Notes: generated from the sequence alone by a model not told the origin. A stretch of 64,000 bases of DNA from an uncultured Gammaproteobacteria bacterium (GCA_964415615.1 CAYQAW010000003.1:30788-94787); one strand, 5' to 3'. Shown: positions 37,901 to 47,330, counted from the stretch's first letter. Numbers and translations: made by a program.

Positions 37901-38337
37901 CAGCAAATAGTTACTTAAGCAAGAATCCCCATGCATTTATTTCTGCTGGAGAACTTCAGGGCTTACAATTTTTAGCTAATCAGACAGATGGAGTAGTGCT
38001 GACCTTCCCCTATGATAGTAGATTGAAACAAAGATTTGCTGAACCCTGGCCGGTTTATGCCTATGATAGTACTGCATACATTGCAGCACTTTCTAAAAAA
38101 AGCGTCTATATAGAGGATGAACCGCAAAATCAAATTTTACTTACTGATTACAAAAAAAGACTTGTAGCATCAAAGGATTTTTTCTTGAAACCTGTCTCAG
38201 AAGAAATGAAATTTCTCTTAGATAATAACATAAAGTATGTTTACCTGCCTAAAATATTTAATGTAAGACTGGATGAAAGTACAAAACTCATTAAAAATAT
38301 TTTTGAAAATGAAGAAGTAGTAATTTATAGTCACTAA
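34933..38337 (+). CDS. 1134-aa fusion protein: signal peptide + ~480-aa extracytoplasmic domain of unknown (possibly carbohydrate-active) function + GT-C-like family-B membrane domain.
   Basis: The C-terminal half, GMGLWGPNTHDGIWHMALVNQL...NPVYAGVILKNYHFFYDLL, matches the ORFs at 38337 and 43797(-). Confidence 0.5.
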   Translation: MRRLLFLVLFLFSVIFTPNIFAQSNSFVTVVNPVRGTDFWDLKGQNPETAVLGQIAILDKFNLPATWLLRFDVLSEKDIVDKLQGRTLDERGLFLEITPTWTSHAKVNYHQSGSWHAAGSAFLTGYERGEREQLIDTAFEKFKSVFGYYPVSVGAWWIDSYSLGYMQKKYGTVAALIVADQYSTDNYQIWGQYFGTPFYPAKNNALHPAQNLENKLDVVITQWALRDPVNSYGNGVSESTFSLQANDYIDFHDLDIKYFSRLIDIYTKQQFNQFNLAVVGLENSYSWNKYAEEYENQIKVLSEKRNAGQFSVVLMKDFASWYKSSFPKFSPTQLIVTDDPLGTFKKAVWYMDPYFRVGWFVNSEGSIFRDIRQYIDGEEELCFKNRCDSVNFATSATRVLDDVSFGQRWVVDQGQISNFKVIRNSEKFVISYNNEAGNLRQIGLLSRDISIDEKTFSIDSAILNVTTRESLVIKSAAASGSFLKWSLVSVVVKLGGFFIFLLLGVIIPGFILTNKVFKDKPIFLRLFISCTVGFVTLTLLFYIASLLHLRPLIFGYILLGFIIFIRLKLYNLLIDLSKVQKFSNVIVVLIILAGTVFQVIPTFKSGLNFSYGMGLWGPNTHDGIWHMALVNQLIKSVPPENPVYAGVILKNYHFFYDLLIAATNYLSTVPVADLIFRFYPIFFSLMLGVGSYYLALKLFRSKIAGLFSLYLIYSAGSFGWIVEFLRERHIGGESAFWANQSVSFNLNPPFAISLVIIIALFHILFHLSFSFRLRNIFLVILLAGSLIGFKSYGAILILVSLLLVGSFKKQLYFLIIFSGAALISLLIFLPNFDLTSNLLIFAPFWFIHSMIDSPDRVGWVRLSLAREAGITTHNWFKFILAEALSLAIFIAGNLGLRVISLISLIKIKTIIKDEKILFIFIFALLSFMIPILFIQSGNPWNTIQFSYYGLYVAALVSGVVLFKLTKLPKYIAVLVIFIILILAPINSAVTANSYLSKNPHAFISAGELQGLQFLANQTDGVVLTFPYDSRLKQRFAEPWPVYAYDSTAYIAALSKKSVYIEDEPQNQILLTDYKKRLVASKDFFLKPVSEEMKFLLDNNIKYVYLPKIFNVRLDESTKLIKNIFENEEVVIYSH

Positions 38338-40319
38338 TGATAAATATTTTTTTACAAATTCCTCTGGGGATAATTTTTTTAATTCTAGCTTTATTTTGCT
38401 TCACTTTCTCTGGTTTTCTAATATTGCGGAAATTTCTTAATGATTTAGATGACTTGGAAAAGTTTACCCTTTCCTCGGTCTTTGGTTTGGTAATATTTAC
38501 ACTGTCTGCTTATGTTTTAGCTGCATTACATCTTAGATTTTTGATGTGGGTCTTTCCAGTTGCAGGATTATGGACACTCGTAAAATATAAAAAAGAACTT
38601 ACTTTTAAACTGAAAATTACTCATAAAATTATTTTTCTTTTAGTGTTTGTTATAGGGGTAATTGGTATGGTTGCAGTAAATGCACCATCCGGTTTTTTTT
38701 ATAAGGATGGGATTTATTTTTACAGTTCTCATGGACATGATGGGGTTTGGCATCTTGCTTTGATGGAAAGTTTGAAAACTTCCAACTTTCCTTTTCAAAA
38801 CCCTGAACTGGCTGGATCAAAATTGCAAAATTATCATTTTTTTGTTGATCTCTTAATGTCTGAGTTTTCTAGGGTTTTTAATTTTTCTTCTTTGGATATC
38901 TACTTTAGATTTATGCCAATTGTATTTGCTACTCTTTTAGGATTTGGAAGTTTTATATTTGTGAGATGTTGGAGTAAATCTGAGATTGCAGGGATCTGGG
39001 CTATGATACTAACTTACTTTGCAGGTAGCTTTGGATACCTGTTATATATTCCAACACACAAGAGTTTAGGGGGGGAATCAATATTTTGGGTATCACAAAC
39101 TCAATCGGTTTTAGGGAATCCTCCACATGTCGCAGCCTTCATTATTGTAACGGCATTCCTGTTTTGTCTTCTAAAATATTTAACAGGCAGAAAATTTGTA
39201 TATTTTATACTTTGTGCAATTTTGGGTGGGTCAGTTATTGAATTTAAGGTTTATGCCGGAGTGTTAATTTTGGGAGGGCTTTTGGTAGCAGGAATTTATG
39301 ACTTACTGATTAAAAAAGTATTTAAGACTATGTTGCTCTTTTTGGTAACACTGATTATTGCATTGATGATTTATTTACCAAACAGTCAAAATTCACAGGA
39401 TTTTCTGGTTTGGCAGCCGTGGTGGTTTATCAGGACAATGGTAGTGGCTACGGATAGACTCAATTGGTTGGATTTGGAATTGAGGAGACAAACATACATA
39501 GCGGAGTTAAACTGGAAACGTGTTATACAAGTTGAGACAACAGCATTTTTAATTTTTCTGTTTGGAAATTTAGGGATGAGGTTTTTAGGGTTTTGGACTT
39601 TAATCAGAAAGATTAAGGATTACCGGCAAACTTTTAACATATTTTTTGTTTTTATTACTATGGCTTCTTTTTTGATTCCGGTGTTTTTTCTGCAGAAAGG
39701 GGTGGCTTGGAATACGATCCAATTTAACCAATACTTCTTATTATTATTTGGGTTTCTGGCAGCCATCTCAGTAGTGGAGCTTTTATCTTTTGTAAAGAAT
39801 AATTCCTTGAAGGTTATAATTTCATTTGTTGTGATTGCGCTAGCAATACCTACCCAATTAGGACTCCTTTGGCAATTTTATTCAAATTATCCGCTTTCAA
39901 AAATTTCCAATGAAGAGATTGAAGCATTAAATTTCCTGAAAAATGAAGGTAATTCTGGCGCTATTGTTTTAACCGCCCCGTTTAATAAATATGAAAGAGA
40001 TAAATACAACAAGCCACCAATACCGATATATGCCTGGTATGATACAGGTTATGTACCGGCTTTCTCCCGGAAACTTACTTTAATTTCAGATGAGGAGCAG
40101 GTTAATATAATGGGGTATGATGTTTCTAAGTTGCTACAGGAAAGAAAAGAAGCTTTTGAAAGTAAGGATTTCCATGATATGAATGCATTTTTAAAAAAAT
40201 ATAATGTTAGTTATATATATCTTGTGTGGAATCAACAAATAGCTACAAGCAGCAGCTATTTAAATGCCGATCTAGTTTTTCAAAATAAAGACGCAAAGGT
40301 ATTTAAGATAAGAAAATGA
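38337..40319 (+). CDS. Polytopic membrane protein, GT-C-like family B (H.HDG.WH.AL...NP...NYHFF.DLL).
   Basis: SSHGHDGVWHLALMESL...QNPELAGSKLQNYHFFVDLL. Shared C-terminal block YIAELNWKRVIQVETTAFLIFLFGNLGMRFLGF. Confidence 0.5.
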   Translation: MINIFLQIPLGIIFLILALFCFTFSGFLILRKFLNDLDDLEKFTLSSVFGLVIFTLSAYVLAALHLRFLMWVFPVAGLWTLVKYKKELTFKLKITHKIIFLLVFVIGVIGMVAVNAPSGFFYKDGIYFYSSHGHDGVWHLALMESLKTSNFPFQNPELAGSKLQNYHFFVDLLMSEFSRVFNFSSLDIYFRFMPIVFATLLGFGSFIFVRCWSKSEIAGIWAMILTYFAGSFGYLLYIPTHKSLGGESIFWVSQTQSVLGNPPHVAAFIIVTAFLFCLLKYLTGRKFVYFILCAILGGSVIEFKVYAGVLILGGLLVAGIYDLLIKKVFKTMLLFLVTLIIALMIYLPNSQNSQDFLVWQPWWFIRTMVVATDRLNWLDLELRRQTYIAELNWKRVIQVETTAFLIFLFGNLGMRFLGFWTLIRKIKDYRQTFNIFFVFITMASFLIPVFFLQKGVAWNTIQFNQYFLLLFGFLAAISVVELLSFVKNNSLKVIISFVVIALAIPTQLGLLWQFYSNYPLSKISNEEIEALNFLKNEGNSGAIVLTAPFNKYERDKYNKPPIPIYAWYDTGYVPAFSRKLTLISDEEQVNIMGYDVSKLLQERKEAFESKDFHDMNAFLKKYNVSYIYLVWNQQIATSSSYLNADLVFQNKDAKVFKIRK

Positions 40320-41920
40320 AAAAGATAGCAGCAATATTATTTGTAGGTTTTCTGTTAAGGGCTTTTCTAATCACCAGCAGTCCGCCTTCGCTGTATGGAG
40401 ATGAATTGACTATTACGCTGGATGCTTATTCCTTGCTAAAAACGGGGTACGACCAGCTGGGAAACTTTCTACCGCTGACTTTTCCTATGGGGGCTGGCAG
40501 GCCCGCAGGATACGTCTACGCATCTATCCCATTTATAGCAACACTAGGACCTACTGCTTTAGGGGTAAGAGCGCTATCAATACTTTCTGGATTAGGAATA
40601 ATACTCTTGATTTATTTTATTGGTAAAAAACTTTTGTCAGAAAAAGTTGGTTTAATAGCTGCAGGGATTACTGCTGTTTCTCCTTGGGATATTTCTTTAA
40701 GCAGGGGAGGATTTGAAGCTCATTTTGCGCTGTTCCTGGCATTATTAGGAATATACCTGTTTTTACTGGCAAAACAAAAGCCAACATTATATATTTTTTC
40801 CGCTTTGAGTTTTGGATTAACTCTCCATACGTATCCTACTTACAAAGTAAGCTTGTTACTTTTTTTGCCACTACTTTTTTGGTTTGAAAGAGGTTTAAAG
40901 GAAATTGTCAAAATAAAATATTTTTTGGTGGGGATAAGCATATTTATAAGTTTAGGGATTCTGGCGTTAAGCCAGACTTTTCTTGGTGGTTCTGAAAAAA
41001 GATTCTCAGATATAAATATTTTCTCACAAGGGGAATTAAAGAGTAAGATTGAACAAAAAATAATTATAGAAAGACAGATTACCAGTTTACCTAATACTAT
41101 ATCCAAATATTTTCACAACAAATCTCTCGAATATTCGAAAATCTTTATTGAAAACTATCTGCAGAATTTTTCTGTGGATTTTTTAGTTCTACATGGTGAT
41201 AGAAATCCTAGGCATAATATGGCAACTATGGGGGAACTTTATTTTGTAGAAATAATCCTGATTCTTGTTGGATTTTTTAATTTTTGGCAAAGGCAGAAAA
41301 AAATAATTATTTTTCTGCTACTTTGGATTATTTTAGCGCCGATTCCAACTGCTATTGTAGATCTGCCACATGCTTTAAGGAGTTCTTTTATGCTTCCTCC
41401 GCTGATTATTCTAGCTGCATTAGGATTGTTAACTGTTTTAAATTACAAAAATAAAATAATTTTATCTTTAGTATTTTTTCTTTTTGCCATTCAATTTGGA
41501 TTTTTTATACAGAAATTATATTTTCTATCTCCGAATGAGTATAGTAACTTTTGGTCCTATCCGGCGAAATTAGCTTCGGAGATGGGAATTGACAATAAAG
41601 ATAAGTATGATTATATTTTGCTTTCAGATAGGATTGATAACATTGAGTTTGCTTATCCTGTTTATGCAAAAATTGATCCTTTGCAAATTATTTCCCAAAA
41701 TGAGACTAAAAGTGAATTGAACACGTATAAGTTTAAAAAATATGGAAATATCTATATAGGTAATATTCCTGGTGTAAGTATCCAGGAATTTATGACAACC
41801 TTAAGTGGTTCTGCTCTGTATATTGGACCCCCTGATGTATCTAAACACCTTCAAAATTATGAAATGATTAACGGGATCAACGGTTTTAGTGCTTTAGTCT
41901 TAAAAAAGAACGGAATATAA
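40316..41920 (+). CDS. GT39/PMT_2-family GT-C glycosyltransferase.
   Basis: DE motif SLYGDELTITLDAYSLLKTGYDQLGNFLP. C-terminal soluble domain similar to the ORFs at 60674 and 62323. Confidence 0.55.
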   Translation: MKKIAAILFVGFLLRAFLITSSPPSLYGDELTITLDAYSLLKTGYDQLGNFLPLTFPMGAGRPAGYVYASIPFIATLGPTALGVRALSILSGLGIILLIYFIGKKLLSEKVGLIAAGITAVSPWDISLSRGGFEAHFALFLALLGIYLFLLAKQKPTLYIFSALSFGLTLHTYPTYKVSLLLFLPLLFWFERGLKEIVKIKYFLVGISIFISLGILALSQTFLGGSEKRFSDINIFSQGELKSKIEQKIIIERQITSLPNTISKYFHNKSLEYSKIFIENYLQNFSVDFLVLHGDRNPRHNMATMGELYFVEIILILVGFFNFWQRQKKIIIFLLLWIILAPIPTAIVDLPHALRSSFMLPPLIILAALGLLTVLNYKNKIILSLVFFLFAIQFGFFIQKLYFLSPNEYSNFWSYPAKLASEMGIDNKDKYDYILLSDRIDNIEFAYPVYAKIDPLQIISQNETKSELNTYKFKKYGNIYIGNIPGVSIQEFMTTLSGSALYIGPPDVSKHLQNYEMINGINGFSALVLKKNGI

Positions 41921-41941
41921 TAAAATCTAGGATTAAAATTA

Positions 41942-43177
41942 ATGCTTAAGATATTATCACAGTTAAATTTAACTCGGTTATTCATATTGGCTATTCTAAT
42001 TAGACTTCTCATAATGCCTTTTTACTTTCATCCGGATATTAAAACCTATAACTGGCAAGCATCTTTTTTAAAAAATGGCACGTTCAATATTTATACTTTT
42101 CTGGTAAACAACAAACAGTCACTTCCTCTTAAAGAGGAATTTGTTTATTTTCCTTTAACATACTTTTTCTTGGGGACTTATCAAATTCTTATGACTCCTT
42201 TATTAGGACCTAATTTTGATACCTGGGTTTCAGATGCTTCAGCGCAAGCAGTAGATAGGATAGGAGTTTTCCGTTATTTATTTGTGCTGAAGTTTCCTTA
42301 TTTAATTTTAGATCTGGCTATTCCTTTTTTACTGATTCGTTTTTTTGAAGACATTCAAAAAAAAAGAGCTGTTTTTATCCTGTGGTTATTTAACCCGATA
42401 TCAATTGCTGTAATCTATTTTTTCTCAAATATAGATATTATTCCTGTTACTCTTTCCCTGGTGAGCATATTGTTATTTAGAAATAAGAAAATCTTATTGA
42501 GTGGCTTAATTTTAGGAATTGCCGCGGGTTTTAAGGCTTACCCATTGATTTTGCTACCATTTTTGCTGCTGTTTACAAATAAATTTAAGTCCGTAGTTCA
42601 GATGTTAATCATGTCAATAGGAACATTAATTTTAATTATAGCTCCTTTTTGGTCAAATGCTTTTTTTAATTCAGCTTTAGTATCAGGATTGACAACCAGG
42701 ATTGCTTTTCCCAGTATAAGTTTGGGATTTGGTGAAAGTTTGATGGTGGCGCTAGTAGGATTAACAGCTTTATTTATGGCAGGTTTAACGGAGGAAAATA
42801 TGAAAATAGATAAAATATGGCTTTATATCTTATTGATTTTGCTGACTCTTTTTTCCGGTATTCATTACCATATTCAGTGGTTGCTGTGGATAATGCCTTT
42901 TCTGGTTATTTTATACGTTTTTCAAAAAAGCCTGGGTAAAATTGGTTTTGTGTGGTTGGCTTTAGCATTCATAATCCCAGTACTTTATGATGATAAATCG
43001 ATGAGTATATCTCTGCTTTCCGCAATAAGTCCGTTTTATAACTTGCTTCCTACACCCTTTTTGATCCTGCAGCGGATCTATGACCCATTTCTCTTGCAGG
43101 GAATTATTCATAGTTTGATGTTTGGTATTAGTTTAGTAATGATTTTAAGAAGTTTTAAGTATTTAAAATATGAATAA
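41942..43177 (+). CDS. Polytopic membrane protein, GT-C-like family E (DUF2029/GT87-like).
   Basis: HPD motif in TM1. LWLFNPISIAVIYFFSNIDIIP...GFKAYPLILLPF is shared with the ORF at 50146. Confidence 0.45.
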   Translation: MLKILSQLNLTRLFILAILIRLLIMPFYFHPDIKTYNWQASFLKNGTFNIYTFLVNNKQSLPLKEEFVYFPLTYFFLGTYQILMTPLLGPNFDTWVSDASAQAVDRIGVFRYLFVLKFPYLILDLAIPFLLIRFFEDIQKKRAVFILWLFNPISIAVIYFFSNIDIIPVTLSLVSILLFRNKKILLSGLILGIAAGFKAYPLILLPFLLLFTNKFKSVVQMLIMSIGTLILIIAPFWSNAFFNSALVSGLTTRIAFPSISLGFGESLMVALVGLTALFMAGLTEENMKIDKIWLYILLILLTLFSGIHYHIQWLLWIMPFLVILYVFQKSLGKIGFVWLALAFIIPVLYDDKSMSISLLSAISPFYNLLPTPFLILQRIYDPFLLQGIIHSLMFGISLVMILRSFKYLKYE

Positions 43178-43844
43178 ACTAGTAATTTTATCCCTCAGTT
43201 TTGTTTTATTGATGGTTTTAATTCTCCCTTTGAGTTTAACTTTACTGATTAAAATAATTCCAGGGGGTATTCAGCCCTCTTTAGGTAATACGGAAAAGAT
43301 ATATGGAGTTATTAGTTTATCGCAAGCATTTATTTCTCCTAAAGATAATCTTACAGGGATTGGTGTTAGTATAAAGAACCCAAATTTTGCAAATAAAAAA
43401 AAGACAACAGTCAGTATATATGATGATGGAAATAGACTTATTAGAACAATTATTCTAAATGGTCAAAATATTGCGGACGGGAAATTTGTAAAAATTTTAT
43501 TTGATCCAATTAAAGATTCTAGAAACAAAAAATTCGTTTGGCTTGTTTCCTCTCCTGAATCTAATTTCGATGATGCATTACAAATTTTTTTAACTGATAA
43601 CCGACCCCAATGGAGTTTAGACCTCCAGGTTAATAATAAAACATCAGAACAGGTTTTATCTTATGTTACTTTGCACAGACCATCAAATTCAACAGAAGTT
43701 TTAGTTGAAGTAATGAGTGGATGGGTAGAAAAGATTAAAGGAGATAACATTTTCTTCCTAATGTATTTTATAGTAATTTTAAGTTTAGCAAGTGTGTTAT
43801 ATTTTCCAAATCTGTACAAAATTATTAGAAAAAATAAGCTTTAG
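43170..43844 (+). CDS. Hypothetical protein with N- and C-terminal TM anchors.
   Basis: No recognisable domain. 3' end overlaps the convergent gene by 48 bp. Confidence 0.35.
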   Translation: MNKLVILSLSFVLLMVLILPLSLTLLIKIIPGGIQPSLGNTEKIYGVISLSQAFISPKDNLTGIGVSIKNPNFANKKKTTVSIYDDGNRLIRTIILNGQNIADGKFVKILFDPIKDSRNKKFVWLVSSPESNFDDALQIFLTDNRPQWSLDLQVNNKTSEQVLSYVTLHRPSNSTEVLVEVMSGWVEKIKGDNIFFLMYFIVILSLASVLYFPNLYKIIRKNKL

Positions 43845-45791
43845 GGATGTTGTATTTAAATTTACAATGGGTTTTTGGAGATTTGGAAAATAGAGGTAAT
43901 TGGCATTTGTTTCCTTAATAAGATCTTCAAAAAGTTTTGGATCATCTACAGAAAAAAGTCGTCCTGCAAGTTCCTTCCGTTTAAAATATTCGTATCCGGT
44001 ATTGGCAACTTGTTCCTCATCTGCTAAATAAATGCTTCTTTCGCCGAAAGCCCCGACATAAACGGAGTCAGACCAGCCCCAGATTGGAGGAGTTGATTCG
44101 TTTAACACTAAATATTTATTGAAAAGAGGGGTTAAAATTATAGAACTGGGAGGGGTGTTATTTTTCAGAAATATCAATGCTTGTTGCTCGTTAGGGTTAA
44201 TTTTGGCAAAGGCGCTCCTGTGATAAAAGTTTGTTAGTAATCCGATCTGAGTCGGAACCGCCAGTAAAATTATCAATACACAGAAAATAATTTTTATTAG
44301 TTTTGATTTTATTTTTTGACTTAGATTAAATATGGCTTCTGCTGCAAAAAAACCGAGGATTAATAAATAATATTGGAAAAATTGGCTGGTACCTGCAGTG
44401 TCACCTTTTTGAATAAAAAGCATTGGAAAGAGAAAAGAACTTAAAGTAACAGATAACAAAATTTGGTTTAGATAATTACTAAAAAAGCTTTTCAAATATT
44501 TAGACAAAACAACAAAGCCTAGAAACCTCATTCCTAAATTTCCGAAGAAAAATATCAAAAAAGCTTGTAATTCAAGCTGGATGACTCTTTTCCAGTTTGA
44601 TTCTGCTATATATGTCTGTCGTCTAAGTTCCCATTCAATTTTATCAAGCCTATCAGGGGCTACAACTAATGTTCTAATATACCACCAGGGTTCAAAAATA
44701 AGCAGTGATGGTGATTTGGTCGTATTTGGGAAGAAAAGTACAAATGATGCAGCAGTACTAAGGATAAAAAGGAAAAAAAGTTCAAATTTTTTTTCTTTAA
44801 TAATCTGCCAAAGTCCGCATACAGCTAGACTTCCTAAGAGAGTGATTCCGGCGTAGACTTTAAAAGACATCAATGTACCACCAAGGAGAACTAAAGAAAA
44901 AAAGAGATATTTGTTTCTTCTTTCCAGATAAATACTGAAGAGATAAAAAAAGGCCAAAAGTAGAATCAGGGCGCTGATTTGAGGTGGATTACCAATGGTG
45001 CTTTGCGGTTGAGATGACCAGAAAATACTTTCCCCTCCGATTGTTTGGTTTTTTAAGAAGGTAAGAATATATCCAAAACTTCCTGCAAAATCTGCGAAAA
45101 TAAATGACCAAAATCCTCCCCAAAATGACCCGGTTAACTTTTTGCCTAATAGATATGCAAGGCTTCCAAAAGAAACTGCATAAAAAAACGGTAAGAAACG
45201 GAAATAAAGATCTAAGAAAGATAATTTAAAGAGATAATGAAAGTACATTGGTGCTAAATCAGAAAAGAAATGGTAATTAACCAGTCTTTCTTCGGCAAAG
45301 GCTGGGTTTTGTATTGGCCATCCCTTTTCCATTTGACTCATTAAGGCAATATGCCAAGATGCATCATGTGCGTGAGAAGACCAGAAAAGTATATCACCGT
45401 TAATTTTTATACCACTTGGTGCGATAATCAAAAGTTGCATAATAATTCCAGTAATAAAAATTGGAGCAAAAAGAGTAAGTAGTTTTTTGGGAAGCAGATT
45501 AATTTTTGTTTGATAGAATTGAGGTATTTTAAAAGATATAAAAATAATGACTAGATAAAAAGGAAGCACCAAAAATTTTAAATTTAAGACCAGGAAGATA
45601 TATCCCAAAAGAGTAAATGTTACCCAGCCCAGAATTGTCCCTAGAATGATTTTTTCCCAAAAAGATAATTTAATTTGCGATTTTTCCAGCAAAGCAGCTC
45701 CGGGAACTGTAAAGAATACTAGAGAAAGAAATAAAAAATATATGAGCTGGATAATCATTACAACTTGATGCATAATCATATTATGCATCAA
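43797..45791 (-). CDS. Polytopic membrane protein, GT-C-like family B. Start coordinate uncertain.
   Basis: WSSHAHDASWHIALMSQ...QNPAFAEERLVNYHFFSDL. The called TTG start lies in the 27-bp palindrome. An internal ATG a few codons downstream is more plausible. Confidence 0.5.
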   Translation of the reverse strand: MMHNMIMHQVVMIIQLIYFLFLSLVFFTVPGAALLEKSQIKLSFWEKIILGTILGWVTFTLLGYIFLVLNLKFLVLPFYLVIIFISFKIPQFYQTKINLLPKKLLTLFAPIFITGIIMQLLIIAPSGIKINGDILFWSSHAHDASWHIALMSQMEKGWPIQNPAFAEERLVNYHFFSDLAPMYFHYLFKLSFLDLYFRFLPFFYAVSFGSLAYLLGKKLTGSFWGGFWSFIFADFAGSFGYILTFLKNQTIGGESIFWSSQPQSTIGNPPQISALILLLAFFYLFSIYLERRNKYLFFSLVLLGGTLMSFKVYAGITLLGSLAVCGLWQIIKEKKFELFFLFILSTAASFVLFFPNTTKSPSLLIFEPWWYIRTLVVAPDRLDKIEWELRRQTYIAESNWKRVIQLELQAFLIFFFGNLGMRFLGFVVLSKYLKSFFSNYLNQILLSVTLSSFLFPMLFIQKGDTAGTSQFFQYYLLILGFFAAEAIFNLSQKIKSKLIKIIFCVLIILLAVPTQIGLLTNFYHRSAFAKINPNEQQALIFLKNNTPPSSIILTPLFNKYLVLNESTPPIWGWSDSVYVGAFGERSIYLADEEQVANTGYEYFKRKELAGRLFSVDDPKLFEDLIKETNANYLYFPNLQKPIVNLNTTSLKLIFSNNFVQIWKI
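45765..45791. promoter_or_regulatory. Perfect 12-3-12 inverted repeat TTGATGCATAAT-CAT-ATTATGCATCAA spanning both divergent gene starts. Candidate operator.
   Basis: Read directly in the sequence. Both called ORFs begin MMHN(M/H)IMHQ because they read opposite strands of the palindrome. Confidence 0.45.
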
Positions 45792-47330
45792 AAGGGCATA
45801 AGAAGAATAGGTTTCTTAATAATCATATTTATTCTCCTATTATATATTTTAAAGCAATCTTTTTATTTAAGAAGCATAGGCTATGATCAGATTCCTGAAA
45901 CATTTGTAATATTAGATGAGCGCACAAATGTTTGGCATGGTTTGAGTATTAGACAGACTGGCGTACCCTCTGCATGGTCAAATCTTAATGTTTATATGAA
46001 AGGATTTGGTGGAGAAGTTGATGGATTGAATGTAAAAATAGATGGTAAAAAATCCAACCTTATTAATTTTTCCAGTTTCCCAAAGCCTGGAGTTGCGATT
46101 ACTGAATATGATTTTGGGAGGGGTTTAAGACATATTAGATTTGTCCAACCTTATTTAGATCATCCTCCGGTAGGGGCTCTAATTCTCTCAAGCCTTGTTA
46201 GTCAGAATGTAAAAACATTCTCCGGTCTTCTACCTGCTGATTTCCGGAGAACGAGTCTTTGGTTAGGTGTTGCAACAGGAGTATTGATTTTTCTTCTAGG
46301 ATGGCAGATTTCTAGCAATCCTTTTATCGGTTTGTTAGCGACAGCAATTTACGGGAGCGTGCCAACCTACAGTCTTCTCAGTAGGTATGCCCTCTTGGAA
46401 AACGTTCTCAATCCTGTAATGCTCATAACGCTTAATCTATTGGTTTTTACCAAACCAATTATTGAAAAACATGTTGGACAAAAAGCAGCTTTAGTAAATG
46501 GGATATTAATAGCCGCAGGTATATTTAGTGGTCTGACGGCTTTAACGAAAATTATTGGTTGGTTTATGTTAGTGGTGGGGGTATTACTTTTATACTACTG
46601 GCGGATAGATAGGAAAAGAATTCTATTTTTTGCAATTCCTGCTACAGTGGTTGGATTACTATATTTTGTTTGGGGATTATATTTGGATCCCAAACTGTTT
46701 ACTGATATGATTTTCTATCAAGGCATAGATAGAGGATTTGTAGGATCATTAAATTTTTTAACAACACTTGGAGGAATAAGTATAGCTAATTTTCCTTTTG
46801 ATGGTTGGTGGATTGGAGGATTTTTGGCCCTTTTAATGCTTTCATATAAAAAAGAATATCCTCCGATAATTTTTCCATCGCTAGTATATTTAGTTATGAC
46901 GCTATTGTTGGGAGGAGCTAACTACCCTTGGTATTATATGCCACTTATTCCACTGATGAGTATTGCTACTGCATTACTAATTTGGAGAATAGCTACCCAA
47001 CCTAGTTTTCTTTTGATAATGGTTTTTTTCCTAGTCTATTTTTCCAGCAGTTTCTATTGGGGGTATGGAGTATTTCAAGCAGATAAATTATCAACTAATT
47101 ATATGCAACCACATCAGATGTATCGTTTAATACTGATAGTTTTTCTTTCAGCAGGTCTGGGGTCTCTTTTTTACAACAGCTTTAGATTTAAAAGTCTTTA
47201 TTTGAAAATTTGGTTTATTTTTATGTTAATAGTAGTTTATCAGTTATGGAAATGGAATGGTCAATCAATACTCTTTATACTATCCCATTGGGGCAGATTC
47301 CCGGCATTATATACACCAGGAACTTTTTAA
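45765..47330 (+). CDS. Polytopic membrane protein, GT39-like GT-C glycosyltransferase (divergent). Start uncertain.
   Basis: ILDERTNVWHG (DE-like) and YLDHPPVGALI (KPPL-like). Likely true start is the ATG at 45768 or 45783. Confidence 0.4.
   Translation: MMHNHIMHQKGIRRIGFLIIIFILLLYILKQSFYLRSIGYDQIPETFVILDERTNVWHGLSIRQTGVPSAWSNLNVYMKGFGGEVDGLNVKIDGKKSNLINFSSFPKPGVAITEYDFGRGLRHIRFVQPYLDHPPVGALILSSLVSQNVKTFSGLLPADFRRTSLWLGVATGVLIFLLGWQISSNPFIGLLATAIYGSVPTYSLLSRYALLENVLNPVMLITLNLLVFTKPIIEKHVGQKAALVNGILIAAGIFSGLTALTKIIGWFMLVVGVLLLYYWRIDRKRILFFAIPATVVGLLYFVWGLYLDPKLFTDMIFYQGIDRGFVGSLNFLTTLGGISIANFPFDGWWIGGFLALLMLSYKKEYPPIIFPSLVYLVMTLLLGGANYPWYYMPLIPLMSIATALLIWRIATQPSFLLIMVFFLVYFSSSFYWGYGVFQADKLSTNYMQPHQMYRLILIVFLSAGLGSLFYNSFRFKSLYLKIWFIFMLIVVYQLWKWNGQSILFILSHWGRFPALYTPGTF

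Noticed and set aside
45765-45791. TTG start codons called for both divergent genes at the palindrome ends.
   Set aside because: They are an artefact of the palindrome reading as M-M-H-N on both strands. Internal ATGs a few codons in are the more plausible starts, and I kept the track coordinates only for bookkeeping.
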